Of a stretch of DNA of 64,000 bases, positions 8,827 through 18,784 are shown in pieces. The stretch is taken from positions 30,500 through 94,499 of the forward strand of contig JAQGHG010000003.1 of NCBI GenBank assembly GCA_028288925.1, given 5' to 3'. The DNA is from Patescibacteria group bacterium. Lineage in GTDB: Bacteria > Patescibacteriota > Saccharimonadia > UBA4664. Positions within the stretch are counted from its first letter, which is position 1. Every line of letters starts with the position of its first letter. The notes below the pieces were generated by a model. The model was not told the origin of the DNA and made no database searches. It saw only the letters and a program-made list of their open reading frames with translations. Made by a program: the position numbers and the translations under genes.

Positions 8827-9849
8827 TTAGCGTTCCTGCTTTAAGCGCTTAGCGTCTTCCTGCATAAACTTTGGAATATAGAATTTCTTCATATAGGGCT
8901 TCCACCACTCTGGGTTGCTCCGATACCATTCTATGGTCTGGCGCAAGCCTTCCTCAAAGGTAACACTTGGCTTGTATCCAAGCTCCCGGCTAAGCTTGCC
9001 GTAGTCTATGGCGTAGCGGCGGTCGTGGCCGGGGCGGTCAGTGACGAACTTCTTTAGCCCGGCCGGTTTACCAGTGACCTTGAGGATAGCGTCGGCAATC
9101 TCGATACCATTCTGTTCCTCGCCGCCACCGACACAGTAAGTCTCGCCTGTCTTACCTTCATGCAATATAAGGTCGATAGCGCGGCAGTGATCGAGCACGA
9201 ACAAATAATCTCGCACGCTCTTGCCATCACCATAAATAGTGAGCGGCCCATCGTTGAGCGCCATAAGCGCGAATACCGGAACAATGTTTTCCGGCACCTG
9301 GTGCGGACCGTAGTTGTTGGAGCAGTTGGAAATAGTAACGTCGAGCCCGTAAGTGTGGAAGTAGGAGCGTACCAGGTGATCGCTACTGGCCTTGGTGGCA
9401 GAGTAGGGGCTGCGCGGATCGTACGGCGTATCCTCATTGAACCGCTCATTACTACCGAGCTCAAGACTGCCGAACACCTCGTCGGTCGAGACATGGTGGA
9501 AGCGCTTCACCGAGAAGTCGCGCGAAAGCCGTAGTAGAATATTAGTCGCCAGCACATTGCTGCTCACGAAACTATCAGGATCTTCGATGGAGCGGTCGAC
9601 ATTCGTCTCGGCGGCAAAATGTACCACGTAGTCCAAGCCGGACTCAAAGATTGGCCGGAGCTTATCCTCTTCGACCAAATCAAATTGGTGGAACTCAATA
9701 TCATCAATTACTCCGTCTAAGTTGGCTTTATTGCCTTGCTGGTTGAGTTTATCGACGACAATTATTTCGTATTCGGGGTGATTTTTAGCGGTATAGTGAA
9801 CAAAGTTGGCCCCAATAAACCCTGCCCCACCGGTTATAAGCATCTTCAT
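8827..9849 (-). CDS. rfbB: dTDP-glucose 4,6-dehydratase.
   Basis: MKMLITGGAGFIGANFVHY... and YSATKASSDHLVRSY (YxxxK) as in RmlB. Confidence 0.9.
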   Translation of the reverse strand: MKMLITGGAGFIGANFVHYTAKNHPEYEIIVVDKLNQQGNKANLDGVIDDIEFHQFDLVEEDKLRPIFESGLDYVVHFAAETNVDRSIEDPDSFVSSNVLATNILLRLSRDFSVKRFHHVSTDEVFGSLELGSNERFNEDTPYDPRSPYSATKASSDHLVRSYFHTYGLDVTISNCSNNYGPHQVPENIVPVFALMALNDGPLTIYGDGKSVRDYLFVLDHCRAIDLILHEGKTGETYCVGGGEEQNGIEIADAILKVTGKPAGLKKFVTDRPGHDRRYAIDYGKLSRELGYKPSVTFEEGLRQTIEWYRSNPEWWKPYMKKFYIPKFMQEDAKRLKQER

Positions 9850-9889
9850 GGCTCCATGATACCAGATTTAAAAGTGCTAAAATGGCTGC

Positions 9890-10969
9890 ATGAAGATTAT
9901 AGTCACTACCGGCGGCCAAGGTACTAAACTATGGCCCTATTCCCGCGAACACCAGCCCAAGCAGTTCCAGCCCATTCTCGGCGACAAATCGCTCTTCACC
10001 TACACCATCGAGACGCTCCTCCAAGCCTTTACGGCCGAGGACATTTTTATCTCCACCAAGCGCAGATTCATTAAATACGTCTCCGAGCAAGCTCCTCAGA
10101 TTCCCCTCCGCAATTACATCATCGAGCCCGATATCGCCAAAGACCGCGGGCCCGGCGAAGGCCTGGCCTTTCTGCGGTTGAGCGTCCAGCACCCCGGCGA
10201 GCCGTTCTTCATCGTCCAGGTCGACTGCGTGCGCAAGCCCGAAGCCGCTTTCCTGGGCATGATCGAGCAAGCCGGCAAGATCGTCGCCAAGGACAAAAAG
10301 TTCATCACCGGCGGCATCAAGGCCACCGAGCCCAACATGGGCGTCGACTACCTCAAGCTCGGCGACCGCACCCACAGCGATTCCGGCCTACAGGTCTACA
10401 AAGTCGATGAGTTCGTCGGCCGCAAGGCCAGCTTCGCCGAGACCAAAGACCTCATCGAGAGCTTCCACATCGTCACCCACTGCAACCATTCCTGCTGGTA
10501 CCCCGACCTCATGCTCGATGCCTACCAGAAGTACCGGCCCGACTGGCATGAAGCTCTCCTGCGCATCCGCGATACCTTCGACAAGCCCGGTGAAGACGCC
10601 GAGATCGAAAAAATCTACGCTGCCATGGAAAAAGGCGCCACCGAAGAAGTCACCAAGCACGTCATGAAGGACGGCCACATCGTCCTGCTCGACTTCAAGT
10701 GGACCGACATCGGCACATGGGGCTCCGTCTACGACTTTTTCTCCGGCGACGAGAGCAATTACCAAGACGGGCGGGTTGTGACGGTCGACTCCTCCGGCCT
10801 GCTGGTCAAAACCAACAATCCCAACAAACTCGTCGCTGTCGCCGGTGTCGAAGACTTGATCATCGTCGACACCGATGATATTCTACTCGTCATCCCCAAG
10901 AATAAGATCGAGAAGATCAAAGATATTCAAAAGGCTCTGGCGCAAGACGAGAATAAGCGCTACCTGTAA
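9890..10969 (+). CDS. Mannose-1-phosphate guanylyltransferase-like sugar nucleotidyltransferase.
   Basis: MKIIVTTGGQGTKLWPYSRE... (GxGxRLWP motif) and a C-terminal left-handed beta-helix-like region. Confidence 0.7.
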   Translation: MKIIVTTGGQGTKLWPYSREHQPKQFQPILGDKSLFTYTIETLLQAFTAEDIFISTKRRFIKYVSEQAPQIPLRNYIIEPDIAKDRGPGEGLAFLRLSVQHPGEPFFIVQVDCVRKPEAAFLGMIEQAGKIVAKDKKFITGGIKATEPNMGVDYLKLGDRTHSDSGLQVYKVDEFVGRKASFAETKDLIESFHIVTHCNHSCWYPDLMLDAYQKYRPDWHEALLRIRDTFDKPGEDAEIEKIYAAMEKGATEEVTKHVMKDGHIVLLDFKWTDIGTWGSVYDFFSGDESNYQDGRVVTVDSSGLLVKTNNPNKLVAVAGVEDLIIVDTDDILLVIPKNKIEKIKDIQKALAQDENKRYL

Positions 10970-10978
10970 GGAGGCCCT

Positions 10979-12805
10979 ATGTGCGGCATCATCGGATACA
11001 TCGGAAAAGATAAGGCGCTCCCCGTGCTCTTGGACGGCCTGCGCCGCATGGAATACCGTGGCTATGATTCGGCCGGCGTAGCGCTGTTGGATGAGGGCAA
11101 AACCACCGTAGTCAAGCGCCAAGGCAAAATCGTCAATCTCGCCGTCGCCCTCAAGGAGCACCCACCCGCCGGCCACCTCGGTATCGGCCACACCCGCTGG
11201 GCCACCCACGGTGTCCCCAACGAGCTCAACGCCCACCCGCATCAGGCCGGCCGTATTACCATCGTGCACAATGGCATCATCGAAAACTACGCCGAACTCA
11301 AGGCCGAACTCAAGGCCAAACACCATCGCACCTTCCTCAGCGACACCGACACCGAAGTGCTAGCCCACCTCATCGCCGTGGAGCGCGATACCACCAAATC
11401 CCTCGAAGCCGCCGTTTTGGCCGCCTTACTCCAAGTGGAAGGGACCTTTGGCGTCCTCGTACTCGACGACCAGGAGCCCGGCAAGCTCGTCGCCGCCCGC
11501 CGTGGCAGCCCATTACTACTCGGCATCTCCGCAGATGCTATCTACCTGGCCTCCGACGCCACCGCCGTCATCGGCCACACCGACCGCGTAGTGTACTTAG
11601 ACGACGACGAAATCGCCGTCTGCACTCCAGGCAAGTACGACATCATCGACTTCGAAGCCCAAGCCAGACAGCACGAAGAGCACAAGATCGAGCTCGAGCT
11701 GGGTGCCATCGAGAAGGCCGGCTACGACCACTTCCTCCTCAAAGAAATCATGGAACAGCCCCGCACCATCGCCGATATCCTGCGTGGCCGCCTGGACCTT
11801 GAGGCCGGGACCAGTCGCCTCGGGGGCTTAAGCGACCCTCAGATCTACCACGACATCACCCGCTTTCTTACCATCGGCTGCGGCACTGCCTACTACGCCG
11901 GTCTCCTGGGCCAATATCTGCTCGAGCGCCTCACCGGCTTGCCGGTCGACATCGAGTTCGCTTCCGAATTCCGCTACCGCGAGCCAATTGTCGACGGCCG
12001 CGCCCTTGGCCTCATCATCACCCAGTCCGGCGAGACCGCCGACACCCTGGCCTCCCTGCGCGAGCTCAAACGCCGCGACATCCGCACCTTCGGCCTCGTC
12101 AACGTCATCGGTTCCAGCGTGGCGCGCGAAGTCGACGGGGGAATGTACCTCCACGCCGGCCCAGAGATCTCGGTGGCCTCCACCAAGGCCTTCACCGCGC
12201 AAGTCATCGGCCACCTCCTAGTCGGTCTCCAGATCGGCCGCGGCCGCCAGCTTCCCATCACCGAAGGCCAAGCCGTCGTTAAAGCCCTCCAGGCCCTGCC
12301 CGCCCAGGTGCAGTCCATCCTCGACCAGCGCGTTCATATCCAAAAGCTCGCCAAAAAATTCGCTCGCCACAAAAACGTCATGTATCTCGGCCGCGACACC
12401 CTCTACCCTGTCGCCCTCGAAGCCGCCCTCAAGCTCAAAGAAATTTCCTACATCCACGCCGAAGCCTATGCCTCAGGCGAGATGAAGCACGGCCCCGTCG
12501 CCCTCATCGACCCAGATCTGCTCGTAATTTTCTTTAACCCCAAAAACAGCCTCTACGACAAAACCCGCTCCAATCTCGAAGAAGTCCGGGCTCGCGGCGG
12601 CCGCCTACTCCTGGTGGGCACCGAAGGCGACGAATCGCTCAAAGCCTTTTCCGAAGACATCATCTACATCCCCGACAGCTCCCCTTATACTCAGCCCATC
12701 CTAGCCAATATCCCCATGCAGCTTTTCGCCTACTACGTAGCGGTCGAGCGGGGGACCGATGTCGATCAACCGCGCAACCTCGCCAAGTCTGTCACGGTCG
12801 AATAA
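10979..12805 (+). CDS. glmS: Glutamine--fructose-6-phosphate aminotransferase.
   Basis: MCGIIGYIG (N-terminal Cys nucleophile), two SIS domains, length 608 aa. AAGGAGG SD upstream. Confidence 0.95.
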   Translation: MCGIIGYIGKDKALPVLLDGLRRMEYRGYDSAGVALLDEGKTTVVKRQGKIVNLAVALKEHPPAGHLGIGHTRWATHGVPNELNAHPHQAGRITIVHNGIIENYAELKAELKAKHHRTFLSDTDTEVLAHLIAVERDTTKSLEAAVLAALLQVEGTFGVLVLDDQEPGKLVAARRGSPLLLGISADAIYLASDATAVIGHTDRVVYLDDDEIAVCTPGKYDIIDFEAQARQHEEHKIELELGAIEKAGYDHFLLKEIMEQPRTIADILRGRLDLEAGTSRLGGLSDPQIYHDITRFLTIGCGTAYYAGLLGQYLLERLTGLPVDIEFASEFRYREPIVDGRALGLIITQSGETADTLASLRELKRRDIRTFGLVNVIGSSVAREVDGGMYLHAGPEISVASTKAFTAQVIGHLLVGLQIGRGRQLPITEGQAVVKALQALPAQVQSILDQRVHIQKLAKKFARHKNVMYLGRDTLYPVALEAALKLKEISYIHAEAYASGEMKHGPVALIDPDLLVIFFNPKNSLYDKTRSNLEEVRARGGRLLLVGTEGDESLKAFSEDIIYIPDSSPYTQPILANIPMQLFAYYVAVERGTDVDQPRNLAKSVTVE

Positions 12806-12935
12806 TCCATCGCTGTCATCCCGGGCCGCTCTTTACAAAAAGTCTTCATGCTCGTGCTTGCCTTTCGTTTTTTGTTCGCTTATCTTAGAAATTGTTGAGA
12901 GAGAGCCAAGAAAAACGAACGGAAGGAGCGTCACG

Positions 12936-15236
12936 GTGAGGCAGAAGAAGATTCGAACGATCATGGGTGTGGGACTGATTTTAGTAGGGATCGCGGCCTC
13001 GGCGCCAGGGACATCCAAGGCGATCGCGGCCCCTAGCGTGCAAATAATCGCGGGGACCGGCGTCGACGGCTTTAGCGGCGATGGTGGCCCAGCCGCGTCA
13101 GCTCAATTGTTCGCTCCCGCGGCGGTATCCACCGACGCTGCGGGCAATGTATACGTCATGGACCGTGGCAACCGCCGCGTCCGCCAGATCGATACGCAGA
13201 ACAAAATGCACACAGCCGTTGGAGACGGCAGCTCTTGTGGAAACGTCACCGACCCCGCTCTACCCCTCACGGGCATGTGTCCGGTCGGAGGATTAGCACT
13301 CGCTCCCGATGGTAGCAGTTACTTTAGTCAAAACGGCGCCATAGTCCGTGTTGCTCCGGACGGTCTCATGTACCACTACGCCGGAAAATACACCGGCTTC
13401 TTTGGTCCGTATGACGACGGTCCCAAATATGGCGTGAGTTTCAGCCCTACGGCCGTTGCCTACGACGATACTACCGGGAACGTGCTGTTTGCTGAGCAGC
13501 GGGCAATCCGGGCGGTCACTCCGGCCGGCCAAATCGTGACTGTCGCCGGTAAGATCACTCCCGGCGACAGTGGCGCCTGTAATAGCCCGTCAGATGATGT
13601 CACTCCGGCACTTGGATCCTGCTTCTACCCCCGGGGCCTGGCCGCGAAGAACGGCAAAATTTACTTTACTGAGCAGAGTTCTTGGAACGGACCGCGAGCT
13701 CGGGTCATCGACGGTGGCACGGTACGCACAATAGCCGGCAATGGTAGCCGGATCGATCCAGCAGATGGCGCCGCGGCCACGGCCTCCGGCTTCTCCGATA
13801 TGGGCGGGATCGCCGTGGACAATACCGGCAACGTCTACCTGAGCGGCCTATCCCGGGGCCAGGTCTGGAAAGTTTCGGCCGCCGATCAGACCATCACCAA
13901 GGTCACCGAATTCGAAGGCGGCGCTGGATGGCTCGCGACCGACGCGGGTGGCAACCTCTACGTCAGCCTCCAATATAAGCACTCCATAGCCAAGATAAGC
14001 GGCTTACAGCCGCCCAAACCACTACCCATGATCGCTGATATAGCCCCCGACGCGCCATCTTCGCAGGATCCATTACTGACTCGTGGCGTCACCATCACCC
14101 CCTCAGACAACGGCGTCCCGTCCAGCCACTTCGAGTACGGCTGGGCCTCGAGTTCCACGGCCACTGAGCCTTCCGCGCCCCTGCAGCGCTCAGACACCAC
14201 CCAGGCACGTCTTCGCTATCACGACACCACGCCGGACCAAGATTGGTACCTCCTGGCCCGCGGCTTCAACGCCGCTGGCGAGGCCGGCCCTTGGTCCACG
14301 CCCCACCTCGTTCATACGCCCAAAGCCCCCAGTCTTATCATCCTAGGCGACTCCATCTCCTCCGGCCACCACAACGGCTACGGCGACAATGGCAAAACCA
14401 AATGCGACGATGAAAACTACGGTTATGCTTTTGAATTCTCCAACAAATGGCGGGCCGAGTTGCCTGTGGCTTGGCGGCAAAGCGGGAACTATCATAATTT
14501 CGCTCATAGTGGCTTCGCGACTCAAAAACGAGCAAATTTGAACATTAAAGGATCTGTTATTGACGGCGGAACAAACGCCTGCCAAGAAGGAGTTATAACT
14601 AAGCCCTTAGCGGACGCCAAAGACATATTAGGTGGTAGCGATTCCTGGAACCGTATCGTCATCTCCGCCGGCATCGACGATACGAACTGGGACAGCGCGG
14701 TAAGACAAGTCATTGGCGTGCAGGTTGCCAGCGATATCGCGAGTCAATTCATCACCTCGTTTCTTCACCTCCCTGGCGTGAACATCAGCCCTATGAAGGA
14801 AGATGCCTGCCGGGCGCTCATCAAAGGGGCTTGGAACGGCCGTACTGCTTCGGTCCAAAGCAGTATCACGAGTGGGGCAAGTCAAATCACCTCCGGCTTA
14901 CATTCAACCGACCCGACTGCCAAGATCACCTGGCTCGGATACTACAATATCGCTGGTACCGGTACGAACGAGCTTCGGTCGACCCCTTACTTCCCGGAAG
15001 GTTGTAGTAACCCGGTCAGCGAGTCGATGGTCGTAGTACACAATGCCATACGATCCGGCTTGCCGGCGGATGTGCACTTTGTTTCCGCTGACCCTGTCAT
15101 GCATCAGGACAACAGCAAGATTCAACCGCTATACCTCGGCCAGGCGATCGCTAATGGCAACGGTCCCAACCCGGCGGGCTGGCCCCACCCGAATCGCGAT
15201 GGTGCACAGGCAATCGCTACACTCCTCATACCATAG
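12936..15236 (+). CDS. Secreted multidomain protein: signal peptide, NHL-repeat beta-propeller, Fn3-like linker and a C-terminal SGNH/GDSL hydrolase domain.
   Basis: GTG at 12936 lies 7 nt after GGAAGGAG. MRQKKIRTIMGVGLILVGIAASAPGTSKA signal peptide. Repeated DxxGNVYVxDrgNxRVr NHL units. LIILGDSISSG (GDS(L) block I) and DGAHPN-like block V near the C-terminus. Confidence 0.75.
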   Translation: MRQKKIRTIMGVGLILVGIAASAPGTSKAIAAPSVQIIAGTGVDGFSGDGGPAASAQLFAPAAVSTDAAGNVYVMDRGNRRVRQIDTQNKMHTAVGDGSSCGNVTDPALPLTGMCPVGGLALAPDGSSYFSQNGAIVRVAPDGLMYHYAGKYTGFFGPYDDGPKYGVSFSPTAVAYDDTTGNVLFAEQRAIRAVTPAGQIVTVAGKITPGDSGACNSPSDDVTPALGSCFYPRGLAAKNGKIYFTEQSSWNGPRARVIDGGTVRTIAGNGSRIDPADGAAATASGFSDMGGIAVDNTGNVYLSGLSRGQVWKVSAADQTITKVTEFEGGAGWLATDAGGNLYVSLQYKHSIAKISGLQPPKPLPMIADIAPDAPSSQDPLLTRGVTITPSDNGVPSSHFEYGWASSSTATEPSAPLQRSDTTQARLRYHDTTPDQDWYLLARGFNAAGEAGPWSTPHLVHTPKAPSLIILGDSISSGHHNGYGDNGKTKCDDENYGYAFEFSNKWRAELPVAWRQSGNYHNFAHSGFATQKRANLNIKGSVIDGGTNACQEGVITKPLADAKDILGGSDSWNRIVISAGIDDTNWDSAVRQVIGVQVASDIASQFITSFLHLPGVNISPMKEDACRALIKGAWNGRTASVQSSITSGASQITSGLHSTDPTAKITWLGYYNIAGTGTNELRSTPYFPEGCSNPVSESMVVVHNAIRSGLPADVHFVSADPVMHQDNSKIQPLYLGQAIANGNGPNPAGWPHPNRDGAQAIATLLIP

Positions 15237-15290
15237 CCTTATTGTGACGTCCTTACAGGCATGCAATAATTGCTCTAACAAGAGGATCCT

Positions 15291-15854
15291 ATGGCAGACA
15301 AACCAATGACCCATCTCTGGAAAAAATGGCCGGTACTCATCCTGGCTGCCGTCATAGCCCTGGTGCTGGGGGTAACAACCTGGGCCAATCTGAGCCTAGA
15401 GAGCGCCCAATACACCTACGCATCCCAGACAGCCTACGTGTATCGGTATGAGCTCACGCAGACTCCCGGCAAATCGATATCAGGAAGAACTACTGTTTAC
15501 CGCTTCAGGATCTCTGAAGATGGTAAGCCGGTGAGCAACCACAAAGTAAAGGTTGGTGTCTCTCATGCATATGGCATCGGAGTGCAAGATCGTAATGGTG
15601 ATGTATATGAGCGGGAATCAGTGACTGACGCTAACGGTTTTGTGGAGGTGACACACGCACCTAAGTTCTGGTCATTATTGGCTGACAAAGGGTTTGGGGT
15701 GTATGCCGCGCCACTGTTAACTCCGGCTGAGGCGGAGATTAGAAGACAAAAACTAGTATCTGGTGACCTTAAAAACAGTGATATTAATTGGGCGTCCACC
15801 TTTAGCATCCCCGCCATCTACCCCCGCTGGCTCAGCTGGTTCATCTGGCGATAA
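15291..15854 (+). CDS. Hypothetical membrane-anchored protein.
   Basis: N-terminal TM helix (WPVLILAAVIALVLGV). No recognised domain. Confidence 0.5.
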   Translation: MADKPMTHLWKKWPVLILAAVIALVLGVTTWANLSLESAQYTYASQTAYVYRYELTQTPGKSISGRTTVYRFRISEDGKPVSNHKVKVGVSHAYGIGVQDRNGDVYERESVTDANGFVEVTHAPKFWSLLADKGFGVYAAPLLTPAEAEIRRQKLVSGDLKNSDINWASTFSIPAIYPRWLSWFIWR

Positions 15855-15963
15855 ATCAAACATGAGGGAGCCACCCACGCAGTACCATTTTATGTAGATA
15901 ATCTACGCAAAACGGCTGCCTCTATCCCCGCAAACCCCACATCTTATGCCATAATAGCCATAC

Positions 15964-17883
15964 ATGGCCAAACGCAAAGCCCCATCAGTTAAAACCCTGG
16001 ATCTTCGGATTAAGCCCACGAGCGCACCCGCGCCCAAGCCTCAGCCCGACCCTACCCCCGTACCCGAGGAAGACGCCCAAGATATCCTCGAGCTTGAGGA
16101 TTTTCAGGATGACCCACACAACCCGGATTCCGGCCAGCACGCTGCCGTGGCCACCTGGCATCGCGCACCGTTTTGGGCCCGGGCTCTCGGCAGTCTCGTC
16201 GTATTTGCCGTGCTAGCGGTTGCTAGCTTCGAGCTCGTCTATGCCGGCAAGGTCTTCCCTGGTGTCACGGCCAACGGCGCCGACCTCGGCGGCCACTCGC
16301 TCAAAGGCTCCCAAGCCTTGCTCGAAGACAAAGCCACTCAATTCAACCAACAAGTCATCACCATTACGGACGGCGACACCAATCTTCGCATCCCCGTGAT
16401 CAGCCTAGCGCCGCAGTATGGCGCCGCCCGCGCCGCCCAGCTCGCCTACCATTACGGCCGGGAGGGGAGCCTGACTAACCGCGCGCGCCAGCAACTTCGG
16501 GCGCTGTTGGGCCGTGCCACCAATTTCTCGGTGTACAGCTATAATGACGCCCGCCTCATTCCCTACGTGGTGGGCCTCGACGACGACCTCATTACGCCCG
16601 TCCAGAACGCCTCCCTCAACTTTAATGACAGCCACGCCCAAGTCACCCCAGCCCAAACCGGCACGCGTCTGGACCTCGGTCGCCTCACCCAGCTCGTCAA
16701 CGAACGTCTCGCGCAGACCTCGGTCGAGCCTATCCACGCGCCGGTGTACCAGCTCCAGCCCGACCTCGGCACCGAGCCCCTTCAGGCCGCCGTCCGTCAG
16801 ATCGACGGCTACGTCTCGGGCCCCATCCCCCTCACCTACAACGGGATTGAGCGGCAAATCGACCAAAAAACCATCATCTCTTGGATCCAAGTCGGCGCCA
16901 AGCTCAACAAACCATTCCTCCAAACCCTCAAGTTGGACGATCTCTACCCGCCGTCCGCCGCCGCCGATCTCGGCTTGAGCAACGCCGCGGTCCAGGCCTA
17001 TGTGGCCGACCTCGCCAGGGGTATCGACCAGACCGCCCAGAACGCCGGCCTCGCTATGCAGGACGGCCATTTGGCCGTAGTCCAACCCAGCCGCACCGGC
17101 GCCAAGCTCGATCAGCCGGCCGCGGTCACAGCCATTCTGGCCGCCCTCAAGCAGCCCAGCAACCAACGCACCACCACCCTCAAGCTCGCCACTACCGCCG
17201 CCGAAGTCAACGAAAACAACCTCGAAAGCCTCGGCATCAAAGAGCAAATATCCGAGGGCGAGACCTATTTCCCCGGCTCGCCCAGCACCCGTCTCACCAA
17301 CGTCCGCGCCGGCGCCAACCGGTTCAACGGCGTATTGCTCAAGCCCGGCGAAGTCTTCTCGTTTGGCAAGCTGCTCGGCGCCGTCGGCCCCGAGACCGGC
17401 TATGTGCCCGAGCTCGTCATATTGGGCGACCATGAGGAGAAACAGTACGGCGGCGGCCTCTGCCAAGTCAGCTCCACGGCCTTCCGCGCCGCCCTGGCCG
17501 CCGGCCTGCCCATCCTGGAGCGTGTCAACCACGCCTTCGCCATTAGTTACTACACCTGGCCCTACAGCGCGCCCGGCGTCGACGCCACCATCTATTACCC
17601 CGCCGTCGACTTCAAATTCAAAAACGACACCGGCAGCTATATCTTGATGCAGACCATCATGAAGGGCACCGATCTCAAGTTCGAATTCTTCGGCACCAAG
17701 ACCAAAACCGGCGTACTCCGTGGACCGGACTTCGTCACCGGCAACAGCGATCCCACCCAGCCCTCGCACACCGTCTTCTATCGTGACGTCCTCGATCTGA
17801 CCGGAGCCGTTACCAAGACCGACACGTTCAACACCTACTACAAGTCCAGCAAAGACTTTCCCATCACCAAGCAGTTCAATTAA
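15964..17883 (+). CDS. VanW-family protein, membrane-anchored.
   Basis: YGGGLCQVSSTAFRAALAAGLPI is the VanW hallmark. N-terminal TM segment. Confidence 0.85.
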   Translation: MAKRKAPSVKTLDLRIKPTSAPAPKPQPDPTPVPEEDAQDILELEDFQDDPHNPDSGQHAAVATWHRAPFWARALGSLVVFAVLAVASFELVYAGKVFPGVTANGADLGGHSLKGSQALLEDKATQFNQQVITITDGDTNLRIPVISLAPQYGAARAAQLAYHYGREGSLTNRARQQLRALLGRATNFSVYSYNDARLIPYVVGLDDDLITPVQNASLNFNDSHAQVTPAQTGTRLDLGRLTQLVNERLAQTSVEPIHAPVYQLQPDLGTEPLQAAVRQIDGYVSGPIPLTYNGIERQIDQKTIISWIQVGAKLNKPFLQTLKLDDLYPPSAAADLGLSNAAVQAYVADLARGIDQTAQNAGLAMQDGHLAVVQPSRTGAKLDQPAAVTAILAALKQPSNQRTTTLKLATTAAEVNENNLESLGIKEQISEGETYFPGSPSTRLTNVRAGANRFNGVLLKPGEVFSFGKLLGAVGPETGYVPELVILGDHEEKQYGGGLCQVSSTAFRAALAAGLPILERVNHAFAISYYTWPYSAPGVDATIYYPAVDFKFKNDTGSYILMQTIMKGTDLKFEFFGTKTKTGVLRGPDFVTGNSDPTQPSHTVFYRDVLDLTGAVTKTDTFNTYYKSSKDFPITKQFN

Positions 17884-17888
17884 TATTG

Positions 17889-17917
17889 TTGACACTTCGG
17901 GTTTTGTTCGGTAAACT
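17889..17917 (+). promoter_or_regulatory. Sigma70-like promoter, TTGACA-N17-TAAACT, upstream of lexA, flanked by an inverted repeat ATTGTTGAC...GTTAACAAT.
   Basis: ttgaca at 17889-17894, taaact at 17912-17917. Inverted-repeat arms at 17885-17893 and 17940-17948. Confidence 0.5.
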
Positions 17918-17948
17918 GTGGATAAAGTAAATCTAGAGGGTTAACAAT

Positions 17949-18569
17949 ATGGCAGAGCCACTTACCAAACGTCAGAAAGAAGTCCTAAATTTCGTCACCC
18001 AATATCTCGAGCTCAACGGCTACGCGCCAAGCTACCGCGAGATCGCCGCGCACTTTAAATACGGCTCGGTAGCCACGGTCGCTGAGCACATCGAATCGCT
18101 CGTCGCCAAAGGCATGCTCCAAAAAGGCGACAATGAAGCCCGGTCTATCCAGCTCGTCCGAGCCGAGGATGTAGATGCCACCCCCAGCATCAGTCTCCCC
18201 ATCCTGGGGCTAGTCGCGGCCGGACAGCCCATCGAGACCCTGGGCCGGCACACCGAGACGCTCGAAGTTCCGCCCTTTATGGTCGGGCGCCGCAACTCTT
18301 ATGTGCTTCAAGTCAAAGGCGACTCCATGATCGACGAAGGCATCCATACGGGCGACTATGTGGTAGTCACCGAGAAGTCGGTTCCTTCTAATGGCGAGAT
18401 GGTCATCGCGCTTATCAACGGCGGCGAAGCCACCCTCAAGCGCTATTACAAAGAAAAAGGCCACATCCGCTTGCAGCCCTCCAATTCTGCCATGGAGCCC
18501 ATCATTATTGAGGCCGGTACCCCGATCGAGATCCAAGGCATCGTCATCGGCCTCATTCGGAAATACTAG
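17949..18569 (+). CDS. lexA: LexA repressor (SOS regulator, S24 peptidase).
   Basis: N-terminal winged HTH (LTKRQKEVLNFV...YAPSYREIA), AAG cleavage site (LVAAGQP) and the Ser/Lys dyad region (GDSM...K). Confidence 0.9.
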   Translation: MAEPLTKRQKEVLNFVTQYLELNGYAPSYREIAAHFKYGSVATVAEHIESLVAKGMLQKGDNEARSIQLVRAEDVDATPSISLPILGLVAAGQPIETLGRHTETLEVPPFMVGRRNSYVLQVKGDSMIDEGIHTGDYVVVTEKSVPSNGEMVIALINGGEATLKRYYKEKGHIRLQPSNSAMEPIIIEAGTPIEIQGIVIGLIRKY

Positions 18570-18577
18570 GCAAAACG

Positions 18578-18784
18578 ATGGCATACTCTCCGATCACTTT
18601 TGAATGCCAAATGTACGTCTCGCCCCGAGGTCTCATGGCGTTCCGCCTGCCATCCGAGTCTGGCCCAAAACGCGTCGCCCGCTTCCGTACTCTCGAGTAC
18701 GACGAGCTCATCAATCCAGACTTCCGCCGTCTGCTGGCGACCTTCGAATCCCTTCCCCAGCCGCTCCAAACTGTGCAGGTCTAA
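18578..18784 (+). CDS. Small hypothetical protein (68 aa).
   Basis: ORF only, convergent with the bla-like gene. No recognised motif. Confidence 0.25.
   Translation: MAYSPITFECQMYVSPRGLMAFRLPSESGPKRVARFRTLEYDELINPDFRRLLATFESLPQPLQTVQV

Noticed and set aside
17895-17925. Canonical LexA/SOS box in the lexA promoter.
   Set aside because: No CTGT-N8-ACAG, GAAC-N4-GTTC or GTTC-N7-GTTC match could be found. Only a weak GTTcggtaAAC near-palindrome is present.
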